The notes below the pieces were generated by a model. It searched no databases. It was not told the origin of the DNA and saw only the letters and a program-made list of their open reading frames with translations. From Mobula hypostoma (lineage: Eukaryota), in assembly GCF_963921235.1 (NCBI RefSeq), contig NC_086108.1, positions 89,902,001 to 89,966,000 of the forward strand: a stretch of 64,000 nucleotides of DNA. Reading direction: 5' to 3'. Positions within the stretch are counted from its first letter, which is position 1. Each line of letters starts with the position of its first letter. The translations under genes were made by a program, and so were the position numbers. Below are positions 39,266 through 52,254 of this stretch, piece after piece.

Positions 39266-40355
39266 GGCATATTTTCCTTTTTCTGTCAGGGTGTAGAATC
39301 TAAAAGTTGGGACATTATTTTACAACTTCGCAAATCATTGCTTAGAATTTACTGTGTACAGTTCTAGTTGCCAAATCATATGAAGGATAGCCAGGGTTTG
39401 TTTTCCTTGGGGCAAAGGAAGATGAAGGGTGACATTATAACAGTATATAAAGTTGTACAAGGCATAGATAGGATAGGTAGGTCAAAATCTTCCCCATTGT
39501 GGGGGTATCAAAAATAAGAAGTCGAGGGATTAAATTGAGAGAAAAAGGTTGAAAGGGGGTTTAAGGGGAAAGCTTCTTTTTACATTAAGAGTGTTTGATA
39601 TCTGGGATTTACTACTAGATAGAGGAGGAGATATAATCATTATGTTTATGAAATATTTGAGCGGGAACTTAAAAATACAAGGCATTGAAGGATACATACC
39701 GAATGTGAGTAAATGGGATTAGTGTAGATGGTCAAAAGGTTGGTATGGATGTGATGGGCTGAGAGGTCTGTTCCTGCACTGTACAATCACTCAAGAGTTC
39801 CTGGCTTGTCTCCCGCTGCGTAGGTGCTCCTGCTCTCTCCTGTCCATCCGGGTTCAGTTCCCTCTGCTATCTGCAAGGCGTTTGCACATTCTCCCCATGA
39901 CCAAACGGGTTTCCTCTTAACATCTGTTTTCCTCCCACATTCCAAAGGCATACAGGTCAGAGTTAGCAAGTTGTGGGCATGCTACGTTGGTAAGGTAACA
40001 CTTTTAGGCTGCCCCCAGCACACCTTTAGAATGTGTTGCCTGTTGATGCAAACAGTGCAATTCACTGTATGTTTTGATGTTTTATTGTACATGTGGCAAA
40101 TAAAGCTACTATAATCCTTAATCTTTTCCGCTCCTTTCACCTTTCCAGATCTAACAAAACAATTTTGAGTGAAGTATGCTCAAATAATTGATGCCAATTC
40201 TTGAATAGAGGTGGTAGAGGAAACAGAAAAGATCCAATTGGTAAGTGTCATAGAAAGAGCTCAACAAAGTTGAGAAAGGCTGATTCATTTAATGAACTAC
40301 ACTCCAAGATCCTACCGATTTACTCAGTCATAGAGGGTTACAGAGTTTTATAACT

Positions 40356-41150
40356 TGTCACGTGACCAGCAACAATGAATATATAATTGAGTCAAGTTTT
40401 ATAAACAACCATAAACATTTATTAAACTCTGCTCAACAATAATGAAAAGAATTCAAACGACTAACTTAACCAGAAGTTAACTGCTATACAGCAACTCTGG
40501 AACAGTTCTTAAAGTGGTAAATTCGAGCACAGTTCTTAAAGTGGTAAATTTGAAAGTCCAAGTGATTTACACAGTCGATAAGGAGTGACTTCTCTGGAAA
40601 CAGATTTCTTCAAAGATGTGACATTACTGCTGATTCTTTCCAAAGGATTCATGACGAAGGAAATAAAATGGTTTAAAGGAACTGAACTTTTCCTGGTGAA
40701 TGAACACTACAAAAAACCTTCCTGATCTTACGGGTTATCTCAGATGCAGGCCACTATTTCTGAACAAAGATTCAATAAGGTCGATCCTGTATTAAACCGC
40801 CGAACGACACCAACTTTATTCAATCCTTCAGGTTCCCGTACTTTAGTAAGGTCTTCACTCTCCAATACTAGACTTACAATAGAAAGTAAAACTCCACTTT
40901 AAAACGAAGCTGCGTCATGAGACGAATACACAGCATAACAGAGTAACTGACAAATTAAACAATGAACTAAACTGTATAACAAAAGGGGTTTCCTGTTACA
41001 TACCTGTTGAGAACATGTCATCACGTGCCCTCACACTGGCGGGAAAATCACATCACCCCACCATCACAAGACCGTTACATCATGCTCTCAAGATACTTAA
41101 TTACATCATGGTTATAAGACAGTCACAAGATACCCACAAGGTATGTAACA
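40356..41150 (-). mobile_element. Solo LTR (795 bp)
   Basis: TGTCAC...GTAACA termini; 4-bp TSD AACT (40352-40355, 41151-41154); AATAAA on the minus strand near 40400; internal 22-bp tandem repeat. Confidence 0.8.
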
Positions 41151-41639
41151 AACTGTACACACACAAATAGGCTATTCAGCCCAATCTGGCCACACAAGCC
41201 AGAAGGCTCCCTTCTATATTGTTCCTTTCCCCCAGCACTTGATCCATAAGACATAGGAGTAGAATTAGGCCATTTAGCCCATCAAGTCTGATCCATGGTC
41301 TATTAAGCCTGCAAGATGCGGTACTTTGGCAGGTTAGTGTAATCTGGCAGTCAAACAATAGTTGTTCTAATAATCAATCTTGATTTTAGATACTTCTAGA
41401 GTGAGTCTGGGATAGATCTGTGGCGCTCAAGACCAGTGATCCAGATCTGTCCAAGAGTCCAGATATGATATACGGAAGGCTATTTTAAAGGTGATAAAAC
41501 AATCTCAATTGAGGTAGAGACAGAATTGGATCTCATCAGCTCCAGTAGGGTTTGGAGGCTATTACTTCTTACAAAGTGAAACCTAACATCATGCATGGCC
41601 GTGATGCCTCACACTCACTTATGTTCATCAAATATATTG

Positions 41640-43780
41640 TTTATTTATTTACTTTTTTTTTTCTCAGCTCTGGAGATGCAAACATAGCCAAGCACTCTCA
41701 CTTCTCAATTGCTTGGAACTTTCAGACTATTCTAGTGTTGTTTTACTGCTGTGGCTTTCTAGAGATTTACATAAATATTGCTGTGTAAGCCTAATCATCT
41801 AATGCTATTGTGTACCGACTTTCAGATGATACCAGTAGTACATATCAATATTTGGGATAATATATACCCTGTTGATGTTCCCTAGTCTTTCAATTTCCTA
41901 TTTTAATTCAGCATATTTCTAGTGTTTTTCACTTATTGATCTCTGTACGTTGTGTGTGTTTGGAATGGCTATTAAGTTGTTCGTGCTTGTTCATCCTGTA
42001 ATACTATATCTGGACAGTTATTATGGATTTTCCTATCTGCAACAATGGATCAGTCGTAATATAAGTTGGAGGACTCTAACTCTAAAATTGGATCAGGCTT
42101 GTATTTATAGTGCAGCGCCATGTCTTTTGTGAGTCTGTATTCTGCTGAATGATGTATGTCACTTGATTGTGCCTATGTAAATAATCAGATTGAGTTAAAC
42201 TGCTGTGGGATCCTGTAATGTGTTGGACAGTTTCTGGTTTCTCTTGGAGTTTTCTGCAATTATCATTTGTGCTTTTCTGTACTTTTGATTTTTTTTTTGT
42301 GTTAACCACCTGGTCCTGTATTGCTACAAGGAACCCCTCTGTTTCTGGGAAGAGGTGTCCAACTCTGAGCCCGGCTTTCAATTCAAAGTTTTCAAAGTAC
42401 ATTTATTGTTAAAGTATATATGCAGTATACATCCCTGATATTCATCTTCCCCACAGCCATAAAATAAAGAAAACCTCAACCCCCCCCCACGCTAAAATAA
42501 ACAATTTGTGCTAACAAGAAAGTGAAAAATAAGACAGACTATTAAACACAAAATTGAAAAGACTTCAAGCATATTTAGTTCGGTTCAGTGTTCATTATCT
42601 CCAGGACATCCCAATTCAAAATTGCCCAAAATAGGAACAAAAGAAAGGAGCAGCCAGAAACTAGAAACACATCATAATGTGAATTACAGAGTCCAATCCA
42701 CTGAATTGCTTTCTTGCTGACATCTAGTCTGCTCAGATGTAGGGTCATGCTTTTTCATTGGTTAACTTTCTCTTCTGAAGTGATAATCTCTTCATTTTTC
42801 TGGGTTGTGCTTTCATTTAGGTGTAGTGGTCTGTACTTCTTTATCAGAATTGCATATCCTCGTGTGGAGTGCTGAAACCTGTTTTCATTGACGAAAATAT
42901 ATCTTTGAAGTTTTATCTGACTATTGGGTAGCTTTTTTTATGTCTGTTATTCTTCTTCCTCTATTTGTCCTAGGTAGTGTTAATCTAAGTGTGTTCAAGT
43001 ATACTTAGTGCTTTCTAAAGTTTGTCCTTTCTGTTCTAACTTTTCTTCGTAAATTTTCCAGATCAGTTTCAGGCCAAATATTATGAGAAAGGAATAGGGT
43101 AATATATGGGTACAGCAAAAGAACTTATTGCCTAAATTTTTACCATTGAGCTCTGTTTGGCAGATTTTCTTACACCTTGAAGTAAATTCTGTTGCAAGTT
43201 TTCCCTTTATTGCAGTATGATATATTTTCTTTGCTTGTTAATATCCCAAGCATTTTTATGTTTTCTATACATCCATCAGTTGTATTGCATCCTGCTGCAT
43301 TATTTAATATCCTACTAGCTCTAATGCACCTTTCTTTATGTTTAATGTTCTGCACTTATCCAGTCCAAAGTTCATGTTTATATTTTTACAAGATAGTTCT
43401 ACTATGTGAATCAATTGCTTTAGCTTTATTGATGAAGGTGTGTGTAATCTTGATTGTTAATTGATAGGCCGATTATAGTACTCCATTGCTTCATCAGATG
43501 TTGTAGGAATTTCACAGGCATTGTGTGTAGTTTATATATATTAGAAACTTCTATTAACTACAAATGTGGGACAGAATTAAATGCTTTTTGGTGATCAACA
43601 TAACAACATGAACGATTTCCGCTTTTCTTCTGGGCTTGATTTAGAGCTACAGAATCTATTATCAGTTGTTCTTACATCTTTTCATTCCCTTTCGGCATCC
43701 TTCTGTAAGTATATTGTGGTTCCTAAGTGAGTGGTGATTAGTTGTTTGATGCATGATGTTACAATTTTATATATAATTTG
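41640..43780 (-). mobile_element. R4/Dong-clade element, longer 5'-truncated copy, with an insertion at ~42380-42710
   Basis: LFPETEGFLVAIQDQVVNT..CRKLQEKPETVQHITG..YLHRHNQV; decayed RT upstream; (TAAA)n tail. Confidence 0.85.
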
Positions 43781-44039
43781 CAAACAAGTAATAACAATAA
43801 GAATTTTTATTATTATTATTATTTCTTGCTTTCTTTTTTTTTGTATTTACCCATTTTTTCACATTGGTTATCGTACATCCTGTTGCGTGCAGTCTTCCAT
43901 TGATTCTATTGTGTTTCTTGTATTTACTTGGCCTGCCCACAAGAAAATGGATCTCAGGGCTCTACTGTAAATGATGACATATATGTACTTAGATAATACA
44001 TTTACTTTGAGCTTTGAACAGATGAGCTCAATGCCTTTT

Positions 44040-44425
44040 ATGCATGCTCTGAAAGGGAGGATAAAATTGCACCAGTGCATATCCCTGCAGCATCTGGTGA
44101 CTCTGTGATCTCTGCCTCAGAGGCCAACATCAGAACATCTTTCAACTGGGTGAACCCTCACAAGGCAGCTGGCCATGATGGCGTACCTGCTAAAGCATGA
44201 AAAACCCGTACCAACCAATGGCAGGAGTGTTCACTGACATCTTCCATCTCTCCCTGTTGCAGTTGGAGGTTCCGACCCTCTTCAAAAGGGCGACAATCAT
44301 ACCAGTGCCCGGCAGGGTGAGCTGCCTCAATGACTATCACCCAGTTGCACCCACATCTACATTGACGAAGTGCTTTGAGAGGTTGGTCATGGCCAGAATC
44401 AACTATTGCCTAAACAAAGTCCTGG
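44040..44425 (+). mobile_element. Rex1/Babar RT fragment
   Basis: VNPHKAAGHDG, AGVFTDIF.LSL, FKRATIIPVP, CLNDY.PVA.TS...KCFERLV. Confidence 0.85.
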
Positions 44426-45260
44426 ATTTGTCAATTCTGAGAAAGTTAAGACTGGTTCAATTAAGATATTTATTGATACGTTGAACGAACTGCTTAGAAA
44501 TGAAGAATTGTCAACCCTTGTTTGACATTGTTAGAACATTTCAAGCATCAAGAGCTGACTGTGAACATAGATTCAGTTTTATGAAGCAGAAACAGACGAG
44601 AAGTGGAACATTTGGGTGGTCTAATGAGGATTGAGACAGATACCTTAGAGACATTTAAAAGATTCTTAGACAGGAACATGGATGATAGAAAAATAGAGGA
44701 CTATGTGGGAGGGAAGTGATCTTGAAGTAGGTTAAAAGGATGGCGTAACATCGTGGGCCGAAGGGAGTGTACTGTGCTGTAATCTTGTTGTTCCTCGAGT
44801 AGATAATGCCTCCCTGAAAGTGACAACACAAGTGGATAGGATGATAAAGAAGGCATATGTCTTGCTTGCCTTCACATCAAGGGCATTGAGTATAAGAGCC
44901 AGGAAGTCATGTTCCAACTACAGAAAACTTGGAGTATTACATTCATTTCTGGTTGCCCCATTACGGGAAGGAAGCAGATGCTTTGGAAAGGGTGCAGACG
45001 ATAGGGGTGGTGCAGTAGCACAGTGCAAAGCGTAATGTTATTACTGTGCCTGCAACCTGGCTTTAGTTCTGTAAGGAGTTTGTACGTGACTGTATGGGTT
45101 TCTGCCGGGTGCTCCAATTTCCTCCCACATTCTAAGGACGTACAGGTTATGAAGTTAATTGGTCACATGGTTGTAATTGGGCGCTGTAGGTTCATTGGTC
45201 TGGAAGGGCCCGTTACCAGGCAGTATCTCTAAATAAATAAATAATGAGGCTTACCACAAT

Positions 45261-45479
45261 TGCCCGCTGGTGGCATAGTGGCATCAGCGCCAGACTTCGG
45301 AGTGAAGGCTCCCAAGTTCGAACCCAGCCGGCTCCCCAGGCATGCTTTCCATCCGTGCTGGGTTGAACATCGAGCTAGCAACTCAGCCTCGTAAAAAACA
45401 AATTGCCTGCTAGAGAAACATCAACAGCAAAAAGCTGATGGCGCATGCTCTCTCGTGAGTTTAAAAGACTTTTCCTTTT
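45261..45479 (+). mobile_element. tRNA-derived SINE
   Basis: A box TGGCATAGTGG (45271-45281), B box GTTCGAACC (45316-45324), TSD TTACCACAAT (45251-45260, 45480-45489). Confidence 0.85.
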
Positions 45480-46589
45480 TTACCACAATGCTGCCTGGAT
45501 TAGAGGGGTTCAGCTTTCATGAAAGGCTGGGCAAACCTGGGTTGTTTCCCTTGCAGAGGTAGAGACTGACGGGAGATCTGATAGAATTTCATAAGATTAT
45601 GAGAGGCATACAGTAGATAGACAGTCTTTTTCCCGGATAGAAATGGTAAATACTCGAGGATGTGAATTTAAGGTGGGGGGGGGGATGTTAAAAGGAGGTT
45701 TTTTTTTACTACACACAGAGTGTGGTGAATACTTGGAAATGAGCTGCCATGGGTGGTGATGGAGGCAGATACATTAGTGATGTGTAAGAGGCAATTAGAC
45801 AGACACATGGATATGCAGGGGATTGAGGGATATGGATTGTGTACAGGCAGAAGAGATTTTGTTTGGTTCCGTTTTGTGTTCAGCACAGACATGGTGGGCT
45901 GAAGGGCCTGTTCCTGTCCAGTGTTCTATTATATGGGATCAGTATAGATAGAAGGCAGTGAGGTGATGGGATGAAGAGCCTTATGAACCTCAATTCCCTG
46001 CTTATAGTCTCTCATCAAACTCGACCCCAGGGATAGCTTGTTTATGGAGACGCATTCCCACAGGGAGACTCTGGAAACTGGTGAGGAGATGCAGGAGTTA
46101 AGGCTTCTCCTCAGGGGGTTGGGGTAGGGGGGAGGGATTCTCACCATCTGTGACCTTCCCCTCACCCTAACCCTCAACCCATGGTCTCCACACCATCCCA
46201 AAATTAACACCACAAGCTTCATAATTGAAACAAGGAGGCTACAGATTTCAAATAAATAGTTTATATTTTTCAGCTAATATTTTGCACCAGTTCCAATGTT
46301 TTGGCACATACAAAAAGAAAAAGGATTTGAACATGGTTGATGGGAAAACAAGAGCGTGTGAAAACCAGAACAGCACGCCCTTAACATGCTCTTGCACGTT
46401 ATCATTTATCTGCACTGCATTTCCTCTGTAGCTGTTACACTTTATTCTGCATTTTTACTGATTTACCTTGTTCGACCTCAATGCATGGTGTAATGATCTG
46501 ATTGGTTTGGACAGTATGCAAGACAAGTTTTTCACTGTACCTCAGTACTTGTGATAATAATAAACCAATTCCAATACACATACAGAATA

Positions 46590-47150
46590 ATAGTCATAGT
46601 CATACTTCATTGATCCCGGGGGAAATTGGTTTTCGTTACAGTTGCACCATAAATAATAAATAGTAATAGAACCATAAATAGTTAAATAGTAATATGTAAA
46701 TTATGCCAGTAAATTATGAAATAAGTCCAGGACCAGCCTATTGGCTCAAGGTGTCTGGCCCACCAAGGGAGGAGTTGTAAAGTTTGATGGCCACAGGCAG
46801 GAATGACTTCCTATGACGCTCTGTGCTGCATCTCGGTGGAATGAGTCTCTGGCTGAATGTACTCCTGTGCCCACCCAGTACATTATGTAGTGGATGGGAG
46901 ACATTGTCCAAGATGGCATGCAACTTGGACAGCATCCTCTTTTCAGACACCACTGTCAGAGAGTCCAGTTCCATCCCCACAACATCACTGGCCTTACGAA
47001 TGAGTTTGTTGATTCTGTTGGTGTCTGCCACCCTCAGCCTGCTGCCCCAGCACACAACAGCAAACATGATAGCACTGGCCACCACAGACTTGTAGAACAT
47101 CCTCAGCATCGTCTGGCAGATGTTAAAGGACCTCAGTCTCCTCAGGAAAT
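46590..47150 (-). mobile_element. Rex1/Babar LINE 3' fragment, intact reading frame
   Basis: YFLRRLRSFN..MFYKSVVASAIMFAVVCWG..HPLH..TERHRKSFLPVAIKLYN; (GACTAT)n tail. Confidence 0.9.
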
Positions 47151-47729
47151 AGGAAGGGTGGGTAGAGGCGGATAGTGGAGGCGGTGGCAGTGGAGGGAGG
47201 GGGAGAGTGGTGAGACACATGCACATAAAACCCAAGGGAGGCCCACACAGATGTAAACACTCACAAGTATACACATGGATGCATACACATATACAGACAC
47301 CCATACACACACACATGCATGCAGACACACACATACACAAGTCCAAAGGTGATGTGAATAGCAGAGACACAGGAGACAGAAGACGCTGGAATCTGGAGCA
47401 GAAAACAAATTGCTGGAGGAACTCAGTGGCTCGGGCAGCATCTGTGGGGGCGGGGGAATGGTGGTCGACGTTTCGGGTCGAGACCTTGCATTAGAGCTGA
47501 GCATGTAGAGGGGAGGCGGTGGGTGTTAAGAGATGGAAGACGGGAAGCCAGGAGCTGGCAGATGATAGGTGGAACCAGGTGAGGAGTGGGATGATGGGCA
47601 GATGGAGACAGGTAAGTGGAAAGGAAGGGAGAGGGGCATAGTTCGGAGACATAAGCCTAGTGAGAAACGGGTAGACATAGCCAAGGGGGATAAAGGTGCT
47701 TAGACCAACAGAGCCAGTCGTACATACAC

Positions 47730-49135
47730 ACTCTAGTTAAGAAATAAAAGGTTGAGCATAGCAGGTAGGAATAAATGAGGTGTTTATGGAGATCAAGAAA
47801 TGCAAGAGGACACTTAAAGCATTCAGGAGGGTTAAAAGAAGGCATGAGGTTGCCCTAGCAGACAAGGTGAAGGAGACTCCTAAGGGATTCTACAGATATG
47901 TTAAGAACAACAGGGAACAAAAGGACGAAATTGGTCCTCTGGAAGATAAGAATGGTAATGGACAAGAATGGCAAGGCATTTGACAAGGTCCCACATGGGA
48001 GGCTAATCAAGAAGTTTCATTCGGTTGGCATTCAAGGTGAGGCAGTAAATTGGATTAGACATTGGCTTTGTGGGAAAAGACAGAGAGTGGTAGTAGATGG
48101 TTGCCTCTCTGACTGGAGGCCTGCAACCAGTAGAGTGCCACAGGGATTGATGCCGGGTCCATTGTCCGTCATCTATACCAACAATCAAGATGATGGAGTG
48201 GTTAACTGGATCAGTAAGTTTGCAGATGGCACCGAGGTTGGTGGTGTAGTGGACAGCGAAGAAGACTGTCGTGGTATGCAGAGGGGTCTGGATCAGCTGG
48301 AAAAATGGGCTGAAAATGCCAGACAAGTGTGAGGTGTTGCATTTTGATTGAACCATCCAAGGTAGGTGTTACACAGTGAAAAGTAGGGCACTGAGGAATA
48401 TGGTAGAACAAAGGAATCTGGGAACACAGGTCCATAATTCATTGACAATGGCATCATAAGTAGATAAGGTCATAAAGAAAGCTTTTGGCACGTTGCCTTC
48501 ATAGATTATAGTATTGAGTACAGAAGATGGGATGTTATGTTGAAGTTATATAAGATATCGGTGAGGTCTCATTTGGAGTATTGTGTGCTGTTTTGGTCAT
48601 CTATCTAAAGGAAAGATGTAAATAAGTTTGAAAAAGTGCTGAAAAAATTCACAAGGATGTTGCCTGGTCTGGGGGGTGGGGTCCTGAGTTATAAGGAAAA
48701 ATTGAATAGGTTTGGACTTTATTCCTTAAAATGTAGAAGATTGAAATAAGATTTGATAGAAGTATACAAAATTATGAAGGGTATTGAAAGGGTAAATGCA
48801 TGCAAGCTTTTCCCACTGAGGTGGGGTGGGTTGGTTGTAGTCCCACCCAACAACCAGTAGTCATGGGTTAAGGGTGAAAGGTGAGAAGTTTAAGGGAAAC
48901 ATGAGAAGAAACTTCTTCACCCATAGGGTCGTGAGAGTGTGAAATGAGCTGCCAGCGCAAGTGGTGGATGCGAGCACGATTTCAACGTTTAAGAGAAGTT
49001 TGAATAGGTACATGGATAGTAGGGGTCTGGAGGGTTATGGTCCTGATGCAGGTTGATGGGAGTAGGCTGTCTAAATGCTCTTGGCAGGACTAGATGGGCT
49101 TAAAGTCTTGTTTCTATGCTGTACTTTTCTAATGA
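47730..49135 (+). mobile_element. CR1 LINE with internal deletion
   Basis: PKGFYRYVK is joined directly to KAFDKVPH; SKFADGT; CR1 3' end. Confidence 0.9.
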
Positions 49136-49139
49136 CGCT

Positions 49140-50362
49140 AATGATCTGCTGCAATTTGCTTATCATCTACAGTGGAAGCAATCTCACTGGATCTTCACAC
49201 AACCTTGGATCACCAGGGCAACAGCAATGGCGATGTCAGGCTGCTGTTTAATGATTACAATTCAGCATTCAAAACAGTCATAGTCAGTTCTAATCAACAA
49301 GCTCAAAACCTGGGCCTCTGTACCTCCCTCTACAACTGGATCCTTGGCTTCCTCACTGCAAAACTACAGTCAGTGCAGATCAGAAATAACATCTTCTCCT
49401 CACTGACAATCAACACTGGCGCACATCAAAAGGTGCTTAGCCTTAGCTGACTGCTCGATTCTCTTTGCACCTATGCCTGTGTGACCAGGCACAGATCAAA
49501 CATCCTCTATAAACTTGCCCATGACATAACTATTGTTGGCAGAATTTCAGATGGTATCAAGGAGGTGTACAGGAGCAAAATAGATCAACTGGCTGAGTGA
49601 TGTCACAACAATAATCTTGCACTCAACGTCAGTAAGACCAAGGGATTGATTGTGTTCTTCAGGAAAGCAAAATTAATGGAACACACACAAGTCCTCATCA
49701 AGAGATCAAAAGTGGAAAAGGTGAGCAATTTCAAGTTCTTATCAAGACATCTCTGAAGATCTATCCTGGGCCCAGCATATTGTTACAATTACAAAGGTGG
49801 CACAACAGTGGCTATATTTCAGTAGGAGTCCGAGAAAAATCTATACATCACCAAAGCCTCTCGCAAATTTCTACAGATGTACCGTGGAGAGCAGTCTAAG
49901 TGGTTGCATCACTGTCTGGCATGGAGAGGCCACTGCAGAGGATTGGCAAGAGCTGTAGAAAGTTGTAAACCCAGCCGGCTCCATCATGGGCTCTAGACTC
50001 CCCAGCATCAAGGACCACCTTCAAAAGATCATGCTTCCAGAAGGCAGCATCCAATCATTAAGGACCCCATTACCCAGGACATGCTCTTTTCTCCTTGCTA
50101 ACATCAAGGAGGAGGTACAAGAGCCTGAAGACATATACACAATATTTTAGGACAGCTTCTTCTCCTCTATCATCAGATTTCTGAATGGACAATGCACTCC
50201 TGAACACTACCTCACTATATTTGTTCGTTTATGTAATACTTATTTTTATACATACCCCATATTGTAATTTATAGTATTTCATTATCATGTATTGCAATGT
50301 ACTGCTGCATAACAACAAATTTCACAACACATTCCAGTGATATTAACCTGATTCTGATTCTG
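49140..50362 (+). mobile_element. Rex1/Babar LINE, RT and 3' end
   Basis: VRLLFNDYNSAF.T, NWILGFLT..QSV.I, INTGA.Q; (GATTCT)n tail. Confidence 0.85.
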
Positions 50363-52254
50363 AGCTTGGATATTTAAGGACTATCTAAGCCAATTTAACA
50401 AGTGTCACACTTGGGGTGCAACCAAGTACACACTATACCCTGATGTCAAATAGAAAACAAGTAAAAATGCAGAGGGTATAGCAATGGCAGAAATGCTGGA
50501 TGAACTTAGGCAGTATCTGTGGAAAGAGAAATCAGTTAATGTATTGAGTCCAGTTCCCTTCCTCAGTAGACCCTAATACACTGTTTGCATGTCCAATCAG
50601 TGGATCTGGCAAAAATCTCAATTTAATCAACTTTTAGATTAATAGCTAATCTTTTGGAAGAAGTCAAACTTGCTTTTAGCGTGAAACTTTCTAATGAAAG
50701 TACCATTCACTGTCTGACCTGAAAATACTAAGACATAACAAATTGAATTTTGCAAAAGTTCAATCTTATACTTCAGAAATAACAACCAATACGATAAATA
50801 GGTTAGTGCAGAGTTCTATCACCCTTACTGACTGAGTTGGAATTCAGATCAATCCAATAAAATAATTGACAGCAAGGAAAATCAGTCTGGATAGTCTGAT
50901 CCTAGCTCTAGCAGGAACAATTTTACGGCATAAAAATCTCAGTAACCTCCTGTGAAGACAATGACTAAACAGGCTATCATTGACGCTCTACTAGGTAACA
51001 TTCATATTTCAGTCATGAATGGGTGCTCTTCTGATTGTGCTTGGAGTATACTATTGTGGTGGGAGTCTCAACCTGCATTTCAGATTTCTTACACCTGATC
51101 GGCAAATGCTTCATGCAGGAACAAAGTGCTCATGAAAATAAGGATGTGAAAGTTTTGGATTGGAACATGTTTTTACTTAGCAGGCAATGTCAGCAGCAAG
51201 CACTCTTAGGTCAGGTAAAACAGAGCCAGGAGTGGAATTAAGATCCATCTGTTCCTCCCAAATAATATAACTCAACTCTAATTTGAGCAGAACACATCTG
51301 CAATGGCAAGGTCAGTTTTTCAACTTCCCATGTGGTTGACTAAAATGGGCAACTTAATCTGAAATTGTCTGAAATATTGGCACTAGTGTGTTTTAGGGCA
51401 ATCACATGATTGCATTTTGTTGGACATGTTGCAGACTGAGACTTCCATCCTGTTTATTTATCCCAGGCTTATTTTGTCTTATCGAATGTTCAGCACAAGG
51501 CTCCTATTTCAAAGGGTTTAAATTCAGTCTGATAGATAGCATTTCTCCTCTCTACTGACTGTTAACATTCCATAAGCAATGGACTTCCACAGTTCTCCTT
51601 GGCCCACTTAGCACCAATTAGCAATTTTACTTAGAGAGAGGATTGCTACATATCTATCGCCTCCCAATGTTAGCTCAGTAAGTGAATACTAATTGACATG
51701 CAAATGCATCATAATATCAAAGCTGATGTTCTGTCGATTAATGGTTAAAAAGTGCTTGTGAATAAATAGCTTGGCAGAAATAATAAACCTGGGTACCATG
51801 TGGATGTAGTGCAAGGGTTAAAAAGCATGTTTGCAATTAAAATGCAGTTGTATTCCAACAGCATCCAGGCTGAGCAAGCAGACTTACTCGAAAAATGAGA
51901 TAATCATAAGTCCCTAAGACATGTGGCTGTGAAACATGCAGTGATGCAATAAGATAAGGTAAAACTTGTTTATGACAGGAAGGCAATTAACACCACCTCT
52001 TGCTTATCACAGGAAGGATGGCTTCTTTTTTTAATATTATGATTGACAAATGCACGTGAAAGCAGCTTCTTTTAACTATGCAGAGTGTATCAATATGAAC
52101 CGTAAGTGAGCTTCCTGCATTTCTCTTCAGGCATGCTGCAAGGAGACCTTCATCCAGATCAGCTGTCACTTAGTTCATCAGAATGCCAGACACGCTGAAG
52201 GCATGTGACTTGACGCTTTATCAATATTTTAGTAAATTGTTGGTTTCCTCACAC

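Noticed and set aside
40502..40550. Short direct repeats as a CRISPR-like array
   Set aside because: Only two units, inside a solo LTR in eukaryotic DNA, with no cas genes.
45261..45335. tRNA gene
   Set aside because: A and B boxes are present but continue into a SINE body bounded by a TSD.
46160..46180. CCCTAACCCT telomere-like motif
   Set aside because: Only one perfect unit; too short to call an interstitial telomeric repeat.
46738..47370. 210-aa ORF as a host gene
   Set aside because: Chance fusion of a (TG)-rich low-complexity tract with the Rex1/Babar C-terminus.
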